Positions 26,624-36,511 of a DNA stretch of 64,000 bases are shown piece by piece. The notes under the pieces were generated by a model, which saw only the letters and a list, made by a program, of their open reading frames with translations, searched no databases and was not told the origin of the DNA. The translations under genes were made by a program, and so were the position numbers. Source of the DNA: Candidatus Ozemobacteraceae bacterium. GTDB taxonomy: Bacteria; Muiribacteriota; Ozemobacteria; Ozemobacterales; Ozemobacteraceae. Location of the stretch: positions 736,001 to 800,000 of the forward strand of contig OZ223236.1 in the NCBI GenBank assembly GCA_965140445.1. The letters are read 5' to 3'. Position 1 is the first letter of the stretch. Each line of letters begins with the position of its first letter.

Positions 26624-28882
26624 TTGATTCGTTTAATTTTTACGCTGACAGCTTTTGTGGGCTCTTTTTTGCTGTTTATGGTACAACCATTGGCCGGAAA
26701 GCTAATTTTGCCATGTCTTGGTGGGGCTCCCGCTGTCTGGACCGCATGTATGCTGTTCTTTCAAACTGTTTTGCTCTTCGGTTACGTATATGCTGCCCAG
26801 GCAATTAAAAAAGTTGGATGTGAAAAACAATCTGTTTTGCATATTCTATTGCTGGTGCTGGGATTCGTATTTTTGCCCTTATCTATTGATTTTTCTGGCT
26901 TAGATTCAGCAATTCACCAGCCGGTGACATGGATGCTGGCCAAGCTGGTTGCTTCTATTGGGTTCCTTTTTTTCGTTGTCTCAGCTAATGCTCCCATGGT
27001 GCAAAGATGGTATTCAACTATAGGGCAACGGGATTCAACAGATCCATATTTTCTTTACGCAGCAAGCAATGTTGGCAGTCTTGTAGCGCTTTTGGGATAT
27101 CCTCTTGTGATGGAGCCAAATTTTAGTGTTTCAGATGCCAGGGAGATCTGGTCTGGTGGCTATCTCGTTTTAACCTTTCTTGTTCTGGTCTGTTCATTTA
27201 TTGTTTGGAAAGATAGCGGAAAAGATTCAAAGAATGAGCAAGATCAATCCGAGAGCTCCAAGTTAGAGCCTTCAATGCTCCAAAAGTTGAAATGGGTGTT
27301 TTGGGCTTTTATCCCAAACAGCTGCATGTTAGCAGTTACTATGCATATTTCCACAGATGTGGCATCAATTCCTCTGATGTGGGTTATCCCACTGGCTATT
27401 TTTCTGGTTTCCTTTATCCTGGTGTTTGCAAAAATAGACTTTTGGAGAGAATTTGCCTGGGATTCATATCTGGCTCCATTTGGAACTGTTTTTGCCACTG
27501 TTTTCTTTCTTAGAATGTCTGATCCGGCATGGCTTTCAATTGGAGTACACTTTAGTCTCCTTTTCATTATCTGTATGTCTTTTCATAGCCGTTTGGCAAA
27601 GAGCAGACCACAATCTGAATTTCTCAATTCATTTTTTGTATGGATGTCCGTCGGAGGAATTCTTGGGGGAATTTTTAATAGTGTTGTTGCGCCAATGGTT
27701 TTCAAAACCCAGTTGGAATATCCTTTGACAATTATTGTGGCAATAATTGGAATCGGGTTTGTAAATAAAGAATCTAAAGACAATTCCCTTAAAAGATTGC
27801 TCTTTTCATTTTTGTTTCTTTTGTTGGTAACGCAGATTTTTGGTTATTTCTCAGTCGCTTATTCCAAAAAACTTTTCTCAGATAAGGGAATGGTTATCTT
27901 TCTTGCTTGTGCAACATACCTATTTGCCTTTTTAAGGGCCCGTAAAATTTCGGGGTTTGTTTTTCTTTTTTTAATGAGCTTGGGCTTACATTTTTACACG
28001 ACAAGCCTGTCATGTATTAAAACTGATAGAAGCTTTTTCGGGGTTATGAGGATTGTAAAAGAGGTTTTTTCAACTGAAGAAATCATTGGTAATAAAATGG
28101 TAACCAAGACCTACGACATGGTTTATAAACTAAGGCACGGGACTACTCTTCACGGTGTTGAAAGAAAATTAAAGATTCGTCCCATTTTTCCTTTGTCGTA
28201 TTATTCACGTGAAGGTCCTATCGGTGAAGTATTCAGATTGATGAAAATAAACCGACGGGGAAAAAGTGTTGCGGTTGTTGGCCTGGGGTGCGGAACCCTG
28301 GCTTACTATGGGCGAGACTGGCAAAAATTTGATTTTTTTGAAATTGATCCTGAAGTTATAAAAATAGCTACTGACAAAGACTATTTTACTTATCTCGCCC
28401 GCTGTAAATCAAAATACAGAATTCTTGCAGGTGATGCGCGCGTGAATCTTTCCACAAAGATCCAGGATAGGTTTTACGATCTAATGGTTCTTGATGCCTT
28501 TTCTTCAGACTCTATCCCAGTGCATTTGCTTACCAAAGAGGCTATTCAACTTTATAAGTCTAAGCTCAAACCTGGTGGGGTGCTTGCTTTCCACATATCA
28601 AACAGATTTTTTGATTTGCGACCTGTTCTGGCCAGAATTTGCGCTGATCTGGGTTTAAAATGTTTTTATAGATACGATTTTCCACAACAATACTCAGTAA
28701 AATATGACTGGTATGATTTGCAAAACCTTAGCAGCTCTTTATGGTTAATCGCAGCTAAAGAAGAAGCGAGCATTCGTGGAGTTTTTGCATATAATAAGTG
28801 GCGAAAGCCTGTTTTTCCTGAAGGGTTTAAGACCTGGACGGACGATTATTCTAATCTTCTTGGCGTTTACAACTGGAATTAG
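26624..28882 (+). CDS. Multi-pass membrane protein fused to a spermidine-synthase-like SAM-binding domain
   Basis: FLLFMVQPL..K.ILP..GGAPAVW, many TM helices, HGTTLHG, VGLGCGTLA, GDAR, DAFSSDSIPVHLLT, WTDDYSNL. Confidence 0.82.
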   Translation: MIRLIFTLTAFVGSFLLFMVQPLAGKLILPCLGGAPAVWTACMLFFQTVLLFGYVYAAQAIKKVGCEKQSVLHILLLVLGFVFLPLSIDFSGLDSAIHQPVTWMLAKLVASIGFLFFVVSANAPMVQRWYSTIGQRDSTDPYFLYAASNVGSLVALLGYPLVMEPNFSVSDAREIWSGGYLVLTFLVLVCSFIVWKDSGKDSKNEQDQSESSKLEPSMLQKLKWVFWAFIPNSCMLAVTMHISTDVASIPLMWVIPLAIFLVSFILVFAKIDFWREFAWDSYLAPFGTVFATVFFLRMSDPAWLSIGVHFSLLFIICMSFHSRLAKSRPQSEFLNSFFVWMSVGGILGGIFNSVVAPMVFKTQLEYPLTIIVAIIGIGFVNKESKDNSLKRLLFSFLFLLLVTQIFGYFSVAYSKKLFSDKGMVIFLACATYLFAFLRARKISGFVFLFLMSLGLHFYTTSLSCIKTDRSFFGVMRIVKEVFSTEEIIGNKMVTKTYDMVYKLRHGTTLHGVERKLKIRPIFPLSYYSREGPIGEVFRLMKINRRGKSVAVVGLGCGTLAYYGRDWQKFDFFEIDPEVIKIATDKDYFTYLARCKSKYRILAGDARVNLSTKIQDRFYDLMVLDAFSSDSIPVHLLTKEAIQLYKSKLKPGGVLAFHISNRFFDLRPVLARICADLGLKCFYRYDFPQQYSVKYDWYDLQNLSSSLWLIAAKEEASIRGVFAYNKWRKPVFPEGFKTWTDDYSNLLGVYNWN

Positions 28883-28926
28883 TTTTTTCGCTTTTGATTT
28901 TTTGACATTAAATTGCTGTGAGTAAA

Positions 28927-31509
28927 ATGAAAAACCTGGGTTACCCTGTTGAAGAAATTCTTCCAAGTCTTATCGATAGCTTTTTACACGAGAAAAACGT
29001 TGTTTTAACTGCTCAACCCGGGGCGGGGAAATCAACCATAGTGCCATTGCATCTGATTCGACAGCCCTGGCTGGAAGGAAGGAAGATTTTAATCCTTCAG
29101 CCACGAAGAATCGCGGCAATTTCAGTTGCTAACCGAATGAGTGAGCTATTTAAAACTGAAGTTGGACAGGAAATTGGTTTTGTTGTTCGGCATTATAAAA
29201 AGATCTCTGCAAATACAAGAATTCAGGTTATTACTGAAGGATTGCTAACAAGGATGATTCAATCAGATCCTTTTTTAGAAGATATTGGAATGGTTATTCT
29301 TGATGAATTCCATGAAAGAAGTATTCATTCAGACTTGTGTCTTGCACTTTGCAAAGAAATTCAAAATGATGTGAGACCCGATTTAAAAATTCTGGTAATG
29401 TCTGCTACCTTAGAGTCTGAGCCAGTAAGCAAATTTCTTGGAAATTGCCGAATTGTTAAATCAGCTGGTTTTTTACATGATGTTCAGAAGGTTTATCAAG
29501 AGTTTAACTACTCTGAAGGGATATCTGAAAATGCATATAAAGCATTAAAGCGGGCAAGGAATTCTGATTTGCCGGATAAATGTAGCTTAGTCTTTTTGCC
29601 GGGGCGAGGCGAAATTGAAAAACTCCGTGAGATGCTTGATAGAGATCCTGATTTTGGAGAATTTGAAATTTTGCCTTTACATGGAGGACTAACTCTTGAA
29701 CAACAGAAGAAAGTTCTGGATACAGAGTTTAAAAGCCCAAGAATAATTCTATCCACCAATATTGCTGAAACTTCTTTAACTATTGATTCGGTTTCACTGG
29801 TTATTGATTCCGGATATTGCCGGACTATTGAAATAGATCCCAGCTCAGGAATTGAGGGGCTAAAGCTAAAAAGAATCAGTCGTGCTTCCGCTGACCAAAG
29901 GGCGGGGCGAGCAGGAAGAGTCTGCGCAGGTAAAGCGATTAGATTATGGAGCTTAAACGAACATCAAAATTTAAAAGAGTTTGCTGAGCCTGACATTTTA
30001 AGGTTGGATTTGGCTCCTTTTCTGCTCGAAGTTTTCCTCTGGGGTTGCTCGAAACCTGAAGAATTTAACTGGTTTCAATCGCCATCAGAAAACTCTATCA
30101 GGCTTGGGGTTAATCTTTTAAATCTTCTTGGAGCAATTGATGCAAACAGAGGCATTACACAGATTGGCCGGAAAATGGCTTCCTTGCCGGTTGACCCAAG
30201 ACTTGCCAGGATGATTTTGTTTTCTGAAAAACAAAGTGTCAGGCAGATAACCATTGTCTATGCTGCTTTGCTTTCCGAAAAGAGCTTTTATCGGTCTAAA
30301 GAACCTTTATTCAGAGCATTTTCAGGAAAATCAGATTTAAGATTTATGTTCGATCTATATCTAGGTTTGTGTAATCATGAGTCAGTTTCAGAGTTGTTAA
30401 CCATTGATAAAAAAGCATTTCAAAGAGTCAAAGCTTCTGCTGCGCAGATTGCATCAAAGTTTGGATTTTCAAAGCTTGAGGACGGTGAGAATTTAACTGA
30501 GAAAGATTTCATTGAAGCGGAGAAAGCTATTTTGGCAGCTTTTCCCGATAGAGTTGGAATCATTCGGGGCAATCAAGATCAAAGAGCATACAAGCTGGTA
30601 GATGGAGCAGGATACAGGTTGGCTAACTCAAGCCTGGTTAAAGATGCAAAGATGGTTGTTGCTGTTTCCCTCGATAAAAACTGCGGAAATAATGGCGATG
30701 GGAAGATTTTTTGTGCAACCGAAATTGCTTCAGATTGGATTGATGAAGTCTGCTCACATCTGGTTGATACTCAGATATTGATTCGATTTGACAATAAAAC
30801 CGGATCTATTGTTAAAGAAAGAGCAAAATTTTTTCAGTCGCTGATTATTGAAAGTGTTCGGGAAGAAATTTTTCCTGAAGATCAAGCTTCAATCGAGAAA
30901 ATATTGGGAGAGCATGTTCTGGCAAATTTGCCTGAGTTTTTCAGTTTAAGTAACGACAACTTTCTACAGCTTAAATTTCGTGTCGATCTTTTAAAAAAAT
31001 TCCCTGAGGGTAGTGAGCTGGAGAATTTTGACGAAGAGTGGATAAAGATAAAACTGCCAGAGTTACTCATTGGTTGCCGCTCAGTAAAGGATCTTCGATT
31101 GATTGATCTGCCTCAGCGATATCTAAATGAATTGTCGTATGCTCAGCAAAAGGATCTGGACAGACTTGTTCCTACACGCTTTTCACTTCCATCGGGGAAC
31201 TCTGCCAGGATTATTTATCAAGATGAAGGGAGTCCTCTTTTGAACGTCAAACTTCAGGAAATGTTTGGACAATCCGAAACTCCAACAATTGTGAATGGTA
31301 GACAGCCTCTTTTGATTCAACTCCTTTCACCAGCAGGAAGACCTTTGCAATTAACCCAGGATTTAAAATCATTTTGGGTAAATGGATACCCACATATTGC
31401 TAAAGAAATGAAAGGCAGGTATCTCAAGCACCCCTGGCCAGAAAATCCTTCTGCAGCGGTTCCTTTTGGGGGGACAAAGCGACAATTTGCGAGGAAAAAT
31501 TTGAAGTAA
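28927..31509 (+). CDS. hrpB: ATP-dependent DEAH helicase HrpB
   Basis: PGAGKST, DEFHER, MSAT, TNIAETSLTI, QRAGRAGR, C-terminal LLSPAGRPLQLTQDL.SFW...HPWP. Confidence 0.93.
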   Translation: MKNLGYPVEEILPSLIDSFLHEKNVVLTAQPGAGKSTIVPLHLIRQPWLEGRKILILQPRRIAAISVANRMSELFKTEVGQEIGFVVRHYKKISANTRIQVITEGLLTRMIQSDPFLEDIGMVILDEFHERSIHSDLCLALCKEIQNDVRPDLKILVMSATLESEPVSKFLGNCRIVKSAGFLHDVQKVYQEFNYSEGISENAYKALKRARNSDLPDKCSLVFLPGRGEIEKLREMLDRDPDFGEFEILPLHGGLTLEQQKKVLDTEFKSPRIILSTNIAETSLTIDSVSLVIDSGYCRTIEIDPSSGIEGLKLKRISRASADQRAGRAGRVCAGKAIRLWSLNEHQNLKEFAEPDILRLDLAPFLLEVFLWGCSKPEEFNWFQSPSENSIRLGVNLLNLLGAIDANRGITQIGRKMASLPVDPRLARMILFSEKQSVRQITIVYAALLSEKSFYRSKEPLFRAFSGKSDLRFMFDLYLGLCNHESVSELLTIDKKAFQRVKASAAQIASKFGFSKLEDGENLTEKDFIEAEKAILAAFPDRVGIIRGNQDQRAYKLVDGAGYRLANSSLVKDAKMVVAVSLDKNCGNNGDGKIFCATEIASDWIDEVCSHLVDTQILIRFDNKTGSIVKERAKFFQSLIIESVREEIFPEDQASIEKILGEHVLANLPEFFSLSNDNFLQLKFRVDLLKKFPEGSELENFDEEWIKIKLPELLIGCRSVKDLRLIDLPQRYLNELSYAQQKDLDRLVPTRFSLPSGNSARIIYQDEGSPLLNVKLQEMFGQSETPTIVNGRQPLLIQLLSPAGRPLQLTQDLKSFWVNGYPHIAKEMKGRYLKHPWPENPSAAVPFGGTKRQFARKNLK

Positions 31510-31513
31510 AAAT

Positions 31514-31541
31514 AAAAAGGCCTCCAAACAGGAAGCCTTTT
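31514..31541. terminator. Bidirectional terminator between convergent genes
   Basis: AAAAGGCCTCC...GGAAGCCTTTT. Confidence 0.6.
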
Positions 31542-31564
31542 CTATTTTGGATTATTGATTAGAT

Positions 31565-32920
31565 CTAGAACTCTACGTTATCCATTACTTTGGTTTTAAT
31601 AAAATTGTATCTCGCGCTGTTCAATGTTTTTAGCCAGGATGGGTTGTAGCGATAGGAAACGGTGGCATCTACGATTGCAACGCGTGCAGCCAGAGTGTCA
31701 GCCTGATTAAATTCGGCTTTCCATTCTGTTGTTACTTCTGGGTGGAAATAAAGAAATCTTAATGCCATTTCTCTGAGTAAAATACTCTTAAAACGCAAAG
31801 TTCTTGCTTCATCTGTCAGCTCAACGAATGTTGGTTTATGCCAGGAGTGTTGTGTTATAAAAACGTAGCCATCTGAAGAGAAGGCCATGATTGTGTCATT
31901 GGTTGGAACAAAGCAGACAGCTTCTGTGCAGGTTGAGAAATATTTTGGCAGTTCAGCAAACACTTCGCCGATCGCAATATTTTGCTCATCATTAATGTGC
32001 ATATGTTCTTCAGGAAGATTTGTAGTTCCTGTTCCCACGTCTACTTCAGTTATAACGGCAACATAATCACCTTCCGGGATTTCTGGGGGTGGTTCACTCC
32101 CTGGTTGCTCTGTCGAACCCGAATCATCCCCTCCGCTTGTGTCCTCGGGGTTGATAAGGTTGCTTCCTAGGCCGGAAACAGATTGACCATTCATAACATA
32201 TTCTTTAATAAACCCATTTCTTTGAGGAAATTTGCTGCTTAATGATGACGAGCAATACATTGAAACCGCAAACGCCATATCAATCATTGCTTTATTCATT
32301 CCAGGTCCAATTATTATATTTTCTTCAGCGCCTGGTCCATAAACCTTTGTGGAAAGATCTCCGGGAGTAAACATCTGAGAATATTTTTTGGCTATTTCCG
32401 GATTCTTTTGTTGAAAAGCGTATGTCATACCTCTTACAAGGATTAGTTTAAATCTTGCAACTTTTTCATTGGCTTGCGGAAACCTGTTGTTTGCTTCCTT
32501 GAAAGCTTTATTGTAAGCGGGAGTGGGAACCATTGAAGCATCACACATTTCTACAATGCCGTCTCTTCCCTGGTAGCCACAGTATTGGACTTCTATTGGT
32601 ATATAGCTTGGGGCGAGTGAAATTGCTTTAGTTGCGCTCCTGAAATTTTCAGGTAAGGCATTTAAAACATCTTTTACTGCAGTAATCCAAATCTCTCCCC
32701 AACTTTTTACATCTGGATCATCTATAATTTCAATTCCAAAAGACTCGAGTATTTCGTCTTTAATTAACTGAACTCTTTCTTTTTCTGTCGAAGAAGCTGT
32801 AGCTTGTGCTTCTCCATACGACTGGTAGACAGTATCAAGATAACTTCCGCTCTGAGCGCTTACTTGAAAAGTTAAGCTGACCAGAGCCATAACGGCAAGA
32901 ATTCTAATTGCATTTTTCAT
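31565..32920 (-). CDS. Secreted protein with two degenerate zinc-peptidase-like domains
   Basis: Signal peptide, GSYLDTVY motif shared with neighbours; LVRGMTYAFQ and LLREMALRFL align with their VHEMTHCFQ. Confidence 0.65.
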   Translation of the reverse strand: MKNAIRILAVMALVSLTFQVSAQSGSYLDTVYQSYGEAQATASSTEKERVQLIKDEILESFGIEIIDDPDVKSWGEIWITAVKDVLNALPENFRSATKAISLAPSYIPIEVQYCGYQGRDGIVEMCDASMVPTPAYNKAFKEANNRFPQANEKVARFKLILVRGMTYAFQQKNPEIAKKYSQMFTPGDLSTKVYGPGAEENIIIGPGMNKAMIDMAFAVSMYCSSSLSSKFPQRNGFIKEYVMNGQSVSGLGSNLINPEDTSGGDDSGSTEQPGSEPPPEIPEGDYVAVITEVDVGTGTTNLPEEHMHINDEQNIAIGEVFAELPKYFSTCTEAVCFVPTNDTIMAFSSDGYVFITQHSWHKPTFVELTDEARTLRFKSILLREMALRFLYFHPEVTTEWKAEFNQADTLAARVAIVDATVSYRYNPSWLKTLNSARYNFIKTKVMDNVEF

Positions 32921-32943
32921 TAACTAATTTCCCTCTATAGATA

Positions 32944-34116
32944 CTATCGGTTTATATAGTCTTTTCCTGCCATAATATTATCTTTTACGAAATTATATCT
33001 GTCCAGATCCATTCTTTCACCATTGTTTGAATAGAAAAATCCATTTTGAATAACACCGCCGGCCCAGAATGTTGCAACAGACTCAGCCATGTCTTCTTCT
33101 GGGAGAGACTCCCCATAAGTAGATGGGCACTCGCCTGTGATTTTTCCACCAGGCCAGAATTTGTTTCTCCAGGCATCATTTATGTCTGAATGAGTATTCT
33201 GGAAACAATGAGTCATTTCATGAACCATTGTTCGTTGAAATCTGAACTTCAATTCAACCAATATCTCTTCCTGACTTGGCTCATGTCCCAGTTTAAGCTT
33301 TAAGTTTGCCAGCATGATTTCAGTAGCAGTGACACTACCATTTAGCATGTGAATTTTTCGTTGCGGAACAATTACATATGCCAATGCATTTGCTGGAGAG
33401 CCTTCTGGTGGAATACCATCGCGGATAATTTCATCAGTACAACTGCGGAAATATGCCGGTAAAGAATCAAAAACTTCGTTACAGGCTATGAGCTGATTTT
33501 TAGTCCAGCTTGTATCGCCATTACCATTTACTGGAGAAACACTATAGTCTGAAACCAGCCTGTCTCTAAGCTGAGTTTCATTCATGTCTTCCAGATCAGT
33601 AGGTTCTTCAACTGGTGGCGTTTGGGTTGCAACCGGAGGATCTTCAGGGTCTTCAATCGGAGGAGTTTGAGTCGCTACAGGGGGATCCTCAGGCTCTTCG
33701 ACTGGAGGTGTTTGGGTTGCGACCGGAGGGTCTTCAGGTTCTTCGATTGGAGGAGTTTGAGTAGCAACTGGAGGTTCAGATGGCGGCTCAGGAAATTTTA
33801 ACGGAATAACCGTTAACTTTATTTTTACTCCGCCCAATCGCCCCATAATAACGCGAATCAGGTTGTTAACAATTCGTTCCAGCTTTTCTGCTGCTTTTTG
33901 TTGTTCTGAGATGATTAATTCTTCTGCGGGTTCTTCTAATTCCTCGGTGTCACCTGAGGAAGTTACATAGTTGGCATCACCTTCAATGGCGGAGGTTCCA
34001 TTTTGTTGAGCGCTATAAATTGTGTCCAGATAACTACCGTTTTCTGCCAATCCCATGGCCGGGAATGCCATCAATAAGCATAAGAACACGACTGTGAAAA
34101 AGTGATAGCGCTTCAT
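32944..34116 (-). CDS. Secreted HExxH zinc metallopeptidase-like protein with acidic Pro/Thr repeat linker
   Basis: ATG 34116 with GGAGG RBS; signal peptide; GSYLDTIY; VHEMTH and EEDMAES. Confidence 0.75.
   Translation of the reverse strand: MKRYHFFTVVFLCLLMAFPAMGLAENGSYLDTIYSAQQNGTSAIEGDANYVTSSGDTEELEEPAEELIISEQQKAAEKLERIVNNLIRVIMGRLGGVKIKLTVIPLKFPEPPSEPPVATQTPPIEEPEDPPVATQTPPVEEPEDPPVATQTPPIEDPEDPPVATQTPPVEEPTDLEDMNETQLRDRLVSDYSVSPVNGNGDTSWTKNQLIACNEVFDSLPAYFRSCTDEIIRDGIPPEGSPANALAYVIVPQRKIHMLNGSVTATEIMLANLKLKLGHEPSQEEILVELKFRFQRTMVHEMTHCFQNTHSDINDAWRNKFWPGGKITGECPSTYGESLPEEDMAESVATFWAGGVIQNGFFYSNNGERMDLDRYNFVKDNIMAGKDYINR
33601..33780. repeat. Intragenic tandem repeat, 45 bp unit x4 (PPVATQTPPxEEPED)
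   Basis: Visible in protein and DNA; synonymous differences give an A-B-A-B pattern with a 90 bp higher-order period. Confidence 0.85.
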
Positions 34117-34281
34117 AAATCCTCCTGAACCCGTACATTCATATATCTTATTATACGAATAAAATAGCAAATATGTCTAAAAATCTAGATAATTAACAAA
34201 AAAAGAATTACTTTTTGTTACGGAAATAATTGTTTCCAAAAACAAACTGGTTTCTATTCCAAAATTTTGCGCTTCTAGAAC

Positions 34282-35424
34282 TTACTTAATAAGATATTCT
34301 TTTCCATTCATGACATAATTTTTTATAAAATTATATCTTTTTATATCCATAACGTTTCCGTTTCTAGCTTTGAAATATCCACCTTCAATTTTTCCACCAA
34401 CCCAATAGGTTGCAACAGATTCTGCCATATCTTCTACAGGCTGAGTTCTGCCATAGCTGGTTGGACAATTTCCTGTTAACCTCCCACCAGGCCAGAATGT
34501 GTTTTGCCAGGCGCGACTAATGTCAGGATGGGTATTTTGAAAACAATGGGTCATTTCATGCACGATGGTTCGCTGAAAATTATATTTTAAATTAGCCATC
34601 AATTCAGCATTAGTTGGTTTTCGTCCATATCTGCTTATCAAACTGTTATAAAGCCATTGACTCGCAGTAACACTGGCATCAAGCATATGGATTTTTCTCT
34701 GTGGAACAATTACATATCCTGAAGTTCCGGCTGGAGCAAATGAAGGAGGAGGGCCATCTCTATAAATTACGTCGGTGCAGCTACGAAAATATTCAGGCAG
34801 GGATGCAAAAGCTTCATCTGCTGCTATTAGCTGATTTTTGCTCCATGTTGCTCCTTGTCCATCTAAAGCGGAAAAACCATACTTTGCTTTTAATGATGCC
34901 TTTAGCTGAGCCTCCGACATATTTTGCGGATTAGAGCTGATTGTTGTTGGTGCTGGCTGAGAAGGGGGCGAAACAGTGGGTTTGGAAACTGGGGGGGTAG
35001 AGACTGGCGGTTTTTGAACTGTGGTTGGTTTTGGTTGTGTTGGTACGGGTTTTGGAGCGGGAGGCGTTTGAACAACTGTTGGTTTTTGAGTCGGTGGCCT
35101 CGGGCATTTAACCGGGATGATTATTATTTTTACTCTTACCCCACACATTCTTCCCATAATCATGCGGATGATATTATTTACAAGTTGTTGAAGCCTGTTC
35201 ATCGCTCTTTGCTGACCAGGAATAGCTGTGGGTTGAGGTATATCTACTATTTGAGGTGTTTCGGAATCAGAAATGTAGTTTACATCTTCCTCTAATGAAG
35301 AAGTTCCACCTTGTTCTGCGTTAAAAATAGAATCCAGATAACTACCTTTTTCTGCTTTGCCTATTGATGGAAAGGCTAACAGTACACATAAAATGATTGT
35401 GAAAAGCAGGTAGTTTCTATTCAT
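34282..35424 (-). CDS. Secreted HExxH zinc metallopeptidase-like protein with basic Pro/Thr linker
   Basis: ATG 35424; signal peptide; GSYLDSIF; VHEMTH and VEDMAES; close paralog of 32944..34116. Confidence 0.75.
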   Translation of the reverse strand: MNRNYLLFTIILCVLLAFPSIGKAEKGSYLDSIFNAEQGGTSSLEEDVNYISDSETPQIVDIPQPTAIPGQQRAMNRLQQLVNNIIRMIMGRMCGVRVKIIIIPVKCPRPPTQKPTVVQTPPAPKPVPTQPKPTTVQKPPVSTPPVSKPTVSPPSQPAPTTISSNPQNMSEAQLKASLKAKYGFSALDGQGATWSKNQLIAADEAFASLPEYFRSCTDVIYRDGPPPSFAPAGTSGYVIVPQRKIHMLDASVTASQWLYNSLISRYGRKPTNAELMANLKYNFQRTIVHEMTHCFQNTHPDISRAWQNTFWPGGRLTGNCPTSYGRTQPVEDMAESVATYWVGGKIEGGYFKARNGNVMDIKRYNFIKNYVMNGKEYLIK

Positions 35425-35493
35425 AATTCCCCCCAAAACTATTCGACTATATTTTAATAATACGGATTTTTTTACAAAATCGTTTCAAAAAAA

Positions 35494-36078
35494 TCATGGT
35501 TTATTGATTTGCTTATTAAGGCGGACCGGAAAAATTCTGGTTGATAAGCTAAACTCTCTTTTAGAATTCTTCTTTTGTGAGTCTCTCAATTTCATGGAGA
35601 AATTGAGGCTGAGTCGATAAGTTCCAGACGCTTTTCCGGTAAAATTTTCAAACTCCGGAACCCAGGAAATTGATGCGACATTGTCAGCTAAAACAACTTT
35701 TTCAGCATCCATTCCTACTTTTCTAAGAATAGAAATTTTTTCGTCAGATTTTCTCAAATTATAAGAAACGGGGAAGATTTCACCGCTTTTACTGTCATAG
35801 ATTTTAAAAGAGAGGGAGTTAGAATTTGCATCAATCTGTTTTGCTTTTTCCGGATTACTTGTATCCAATACCGCATTATTCAAATCATTTCTTAATCGGG
35901 AAATAAATAAAACAGCTTCCTGCATCAATACTGCTGTGCTTTCACTTTTTGAGTAACCAGAACGAAAATTAGTGAAAACGATCATTGCTGTGCCCATAAA
36001 GACTGCGACAATACCGCAGACTACAATGATTTCTACCAGAGTAAATCCAATTTTATTTTTTCTTTTAATCTGTTTCAT
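35494..36078 (-). CDS. Prepilin-type protein (PilW/GspJ-like minor pilin)
   Basis: KIG/FTLVEIIVV class III signal with Glu5. Confidence 0.8.
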   Translation of the reverse strand: MKQIKRKNKIGFTLVEIIVVCGIVAVFMGTAMIVFTNFRSGYSKSESTAVLMQEAVLFISRLRNDLNNAVLDTSNPEKAKQIDANSNSLSFKIYDSKSGEIFPVSYNLRKSDEKISILRKVGMDAEKVVLADNVASISWVPEFENFTGKASGTYRLSLNFSMKLRDSQKKNSKREFSLSTRIFPVRLNKQINKP

Positions 36079-36511
36079 TAGCTACCAGGGTTTGAATCTT
36101 TACTGTTCTAAGCTTTTTTGAAGCTTTGCTTTCCGGGAAACTTATTTTTACGCTAACTTTTTTAAATCTAACCAGCCCATCTTTTTCAATTGTCGAAATA
36201 TCAATCTCAGGAACTTGCTCAGGGGAATCGGAGACAAGAAAAGTAATGCCAGATCCTTCCTTTAAAGGATTGCCGGTTTTGATTTTGTCCGAATCAATTT
36301 TGCCTACTGGAATTTGCTTGAATGGTAGGGAAAGAATTTGCTCCATTATCTCCATTGCACTTGAATGAGCGCGAAACTCAGCTTCTGTAACCTGAACATT
36401 TCTATTGCCGGTGGAAAAGGTAAGGAAAACGGGGAGCATTATCATGGCAAGAATGCCCAATGCTAGTATAAGTTCTATTAAAGATACTCCGCGTTTAAAA
36501 GATTTAATCAT
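36065..36511 (-). CDS. Prepilin-type protein (PilV/GspI-like minor pilin)
   Basis: Start moved to ATG 36511; KRG/VSLIELILAL with Glu5. Confidence 0.8.
   Translation of the reverse strand: MIKSFKRGVSLIELILALGILAMIMLPVFLTFSTGNRNVQVTEAEFRAHSSAMEIMEQILSLPFKQIPVGKIDSDKIKTGNPLKEGSGITFLVSDSPEQVPEIDISTIEKDGLVRFKKVSVKISFPESKASKKLRTVKIQTLVANETD

Noticed and set aside
26624..28882. Calling the gene speE
   Set aside because: It is the long membrane-fused spermidine-synthase-like family of uncertain activity, not a canonical soluble SpeE.
33601..33780. 45 bp repeats as a possible CRISPR or DNA-level element
   Set aside because: In-frame coding repeat with mostly synonymous differences, indicating protein-level constraint.
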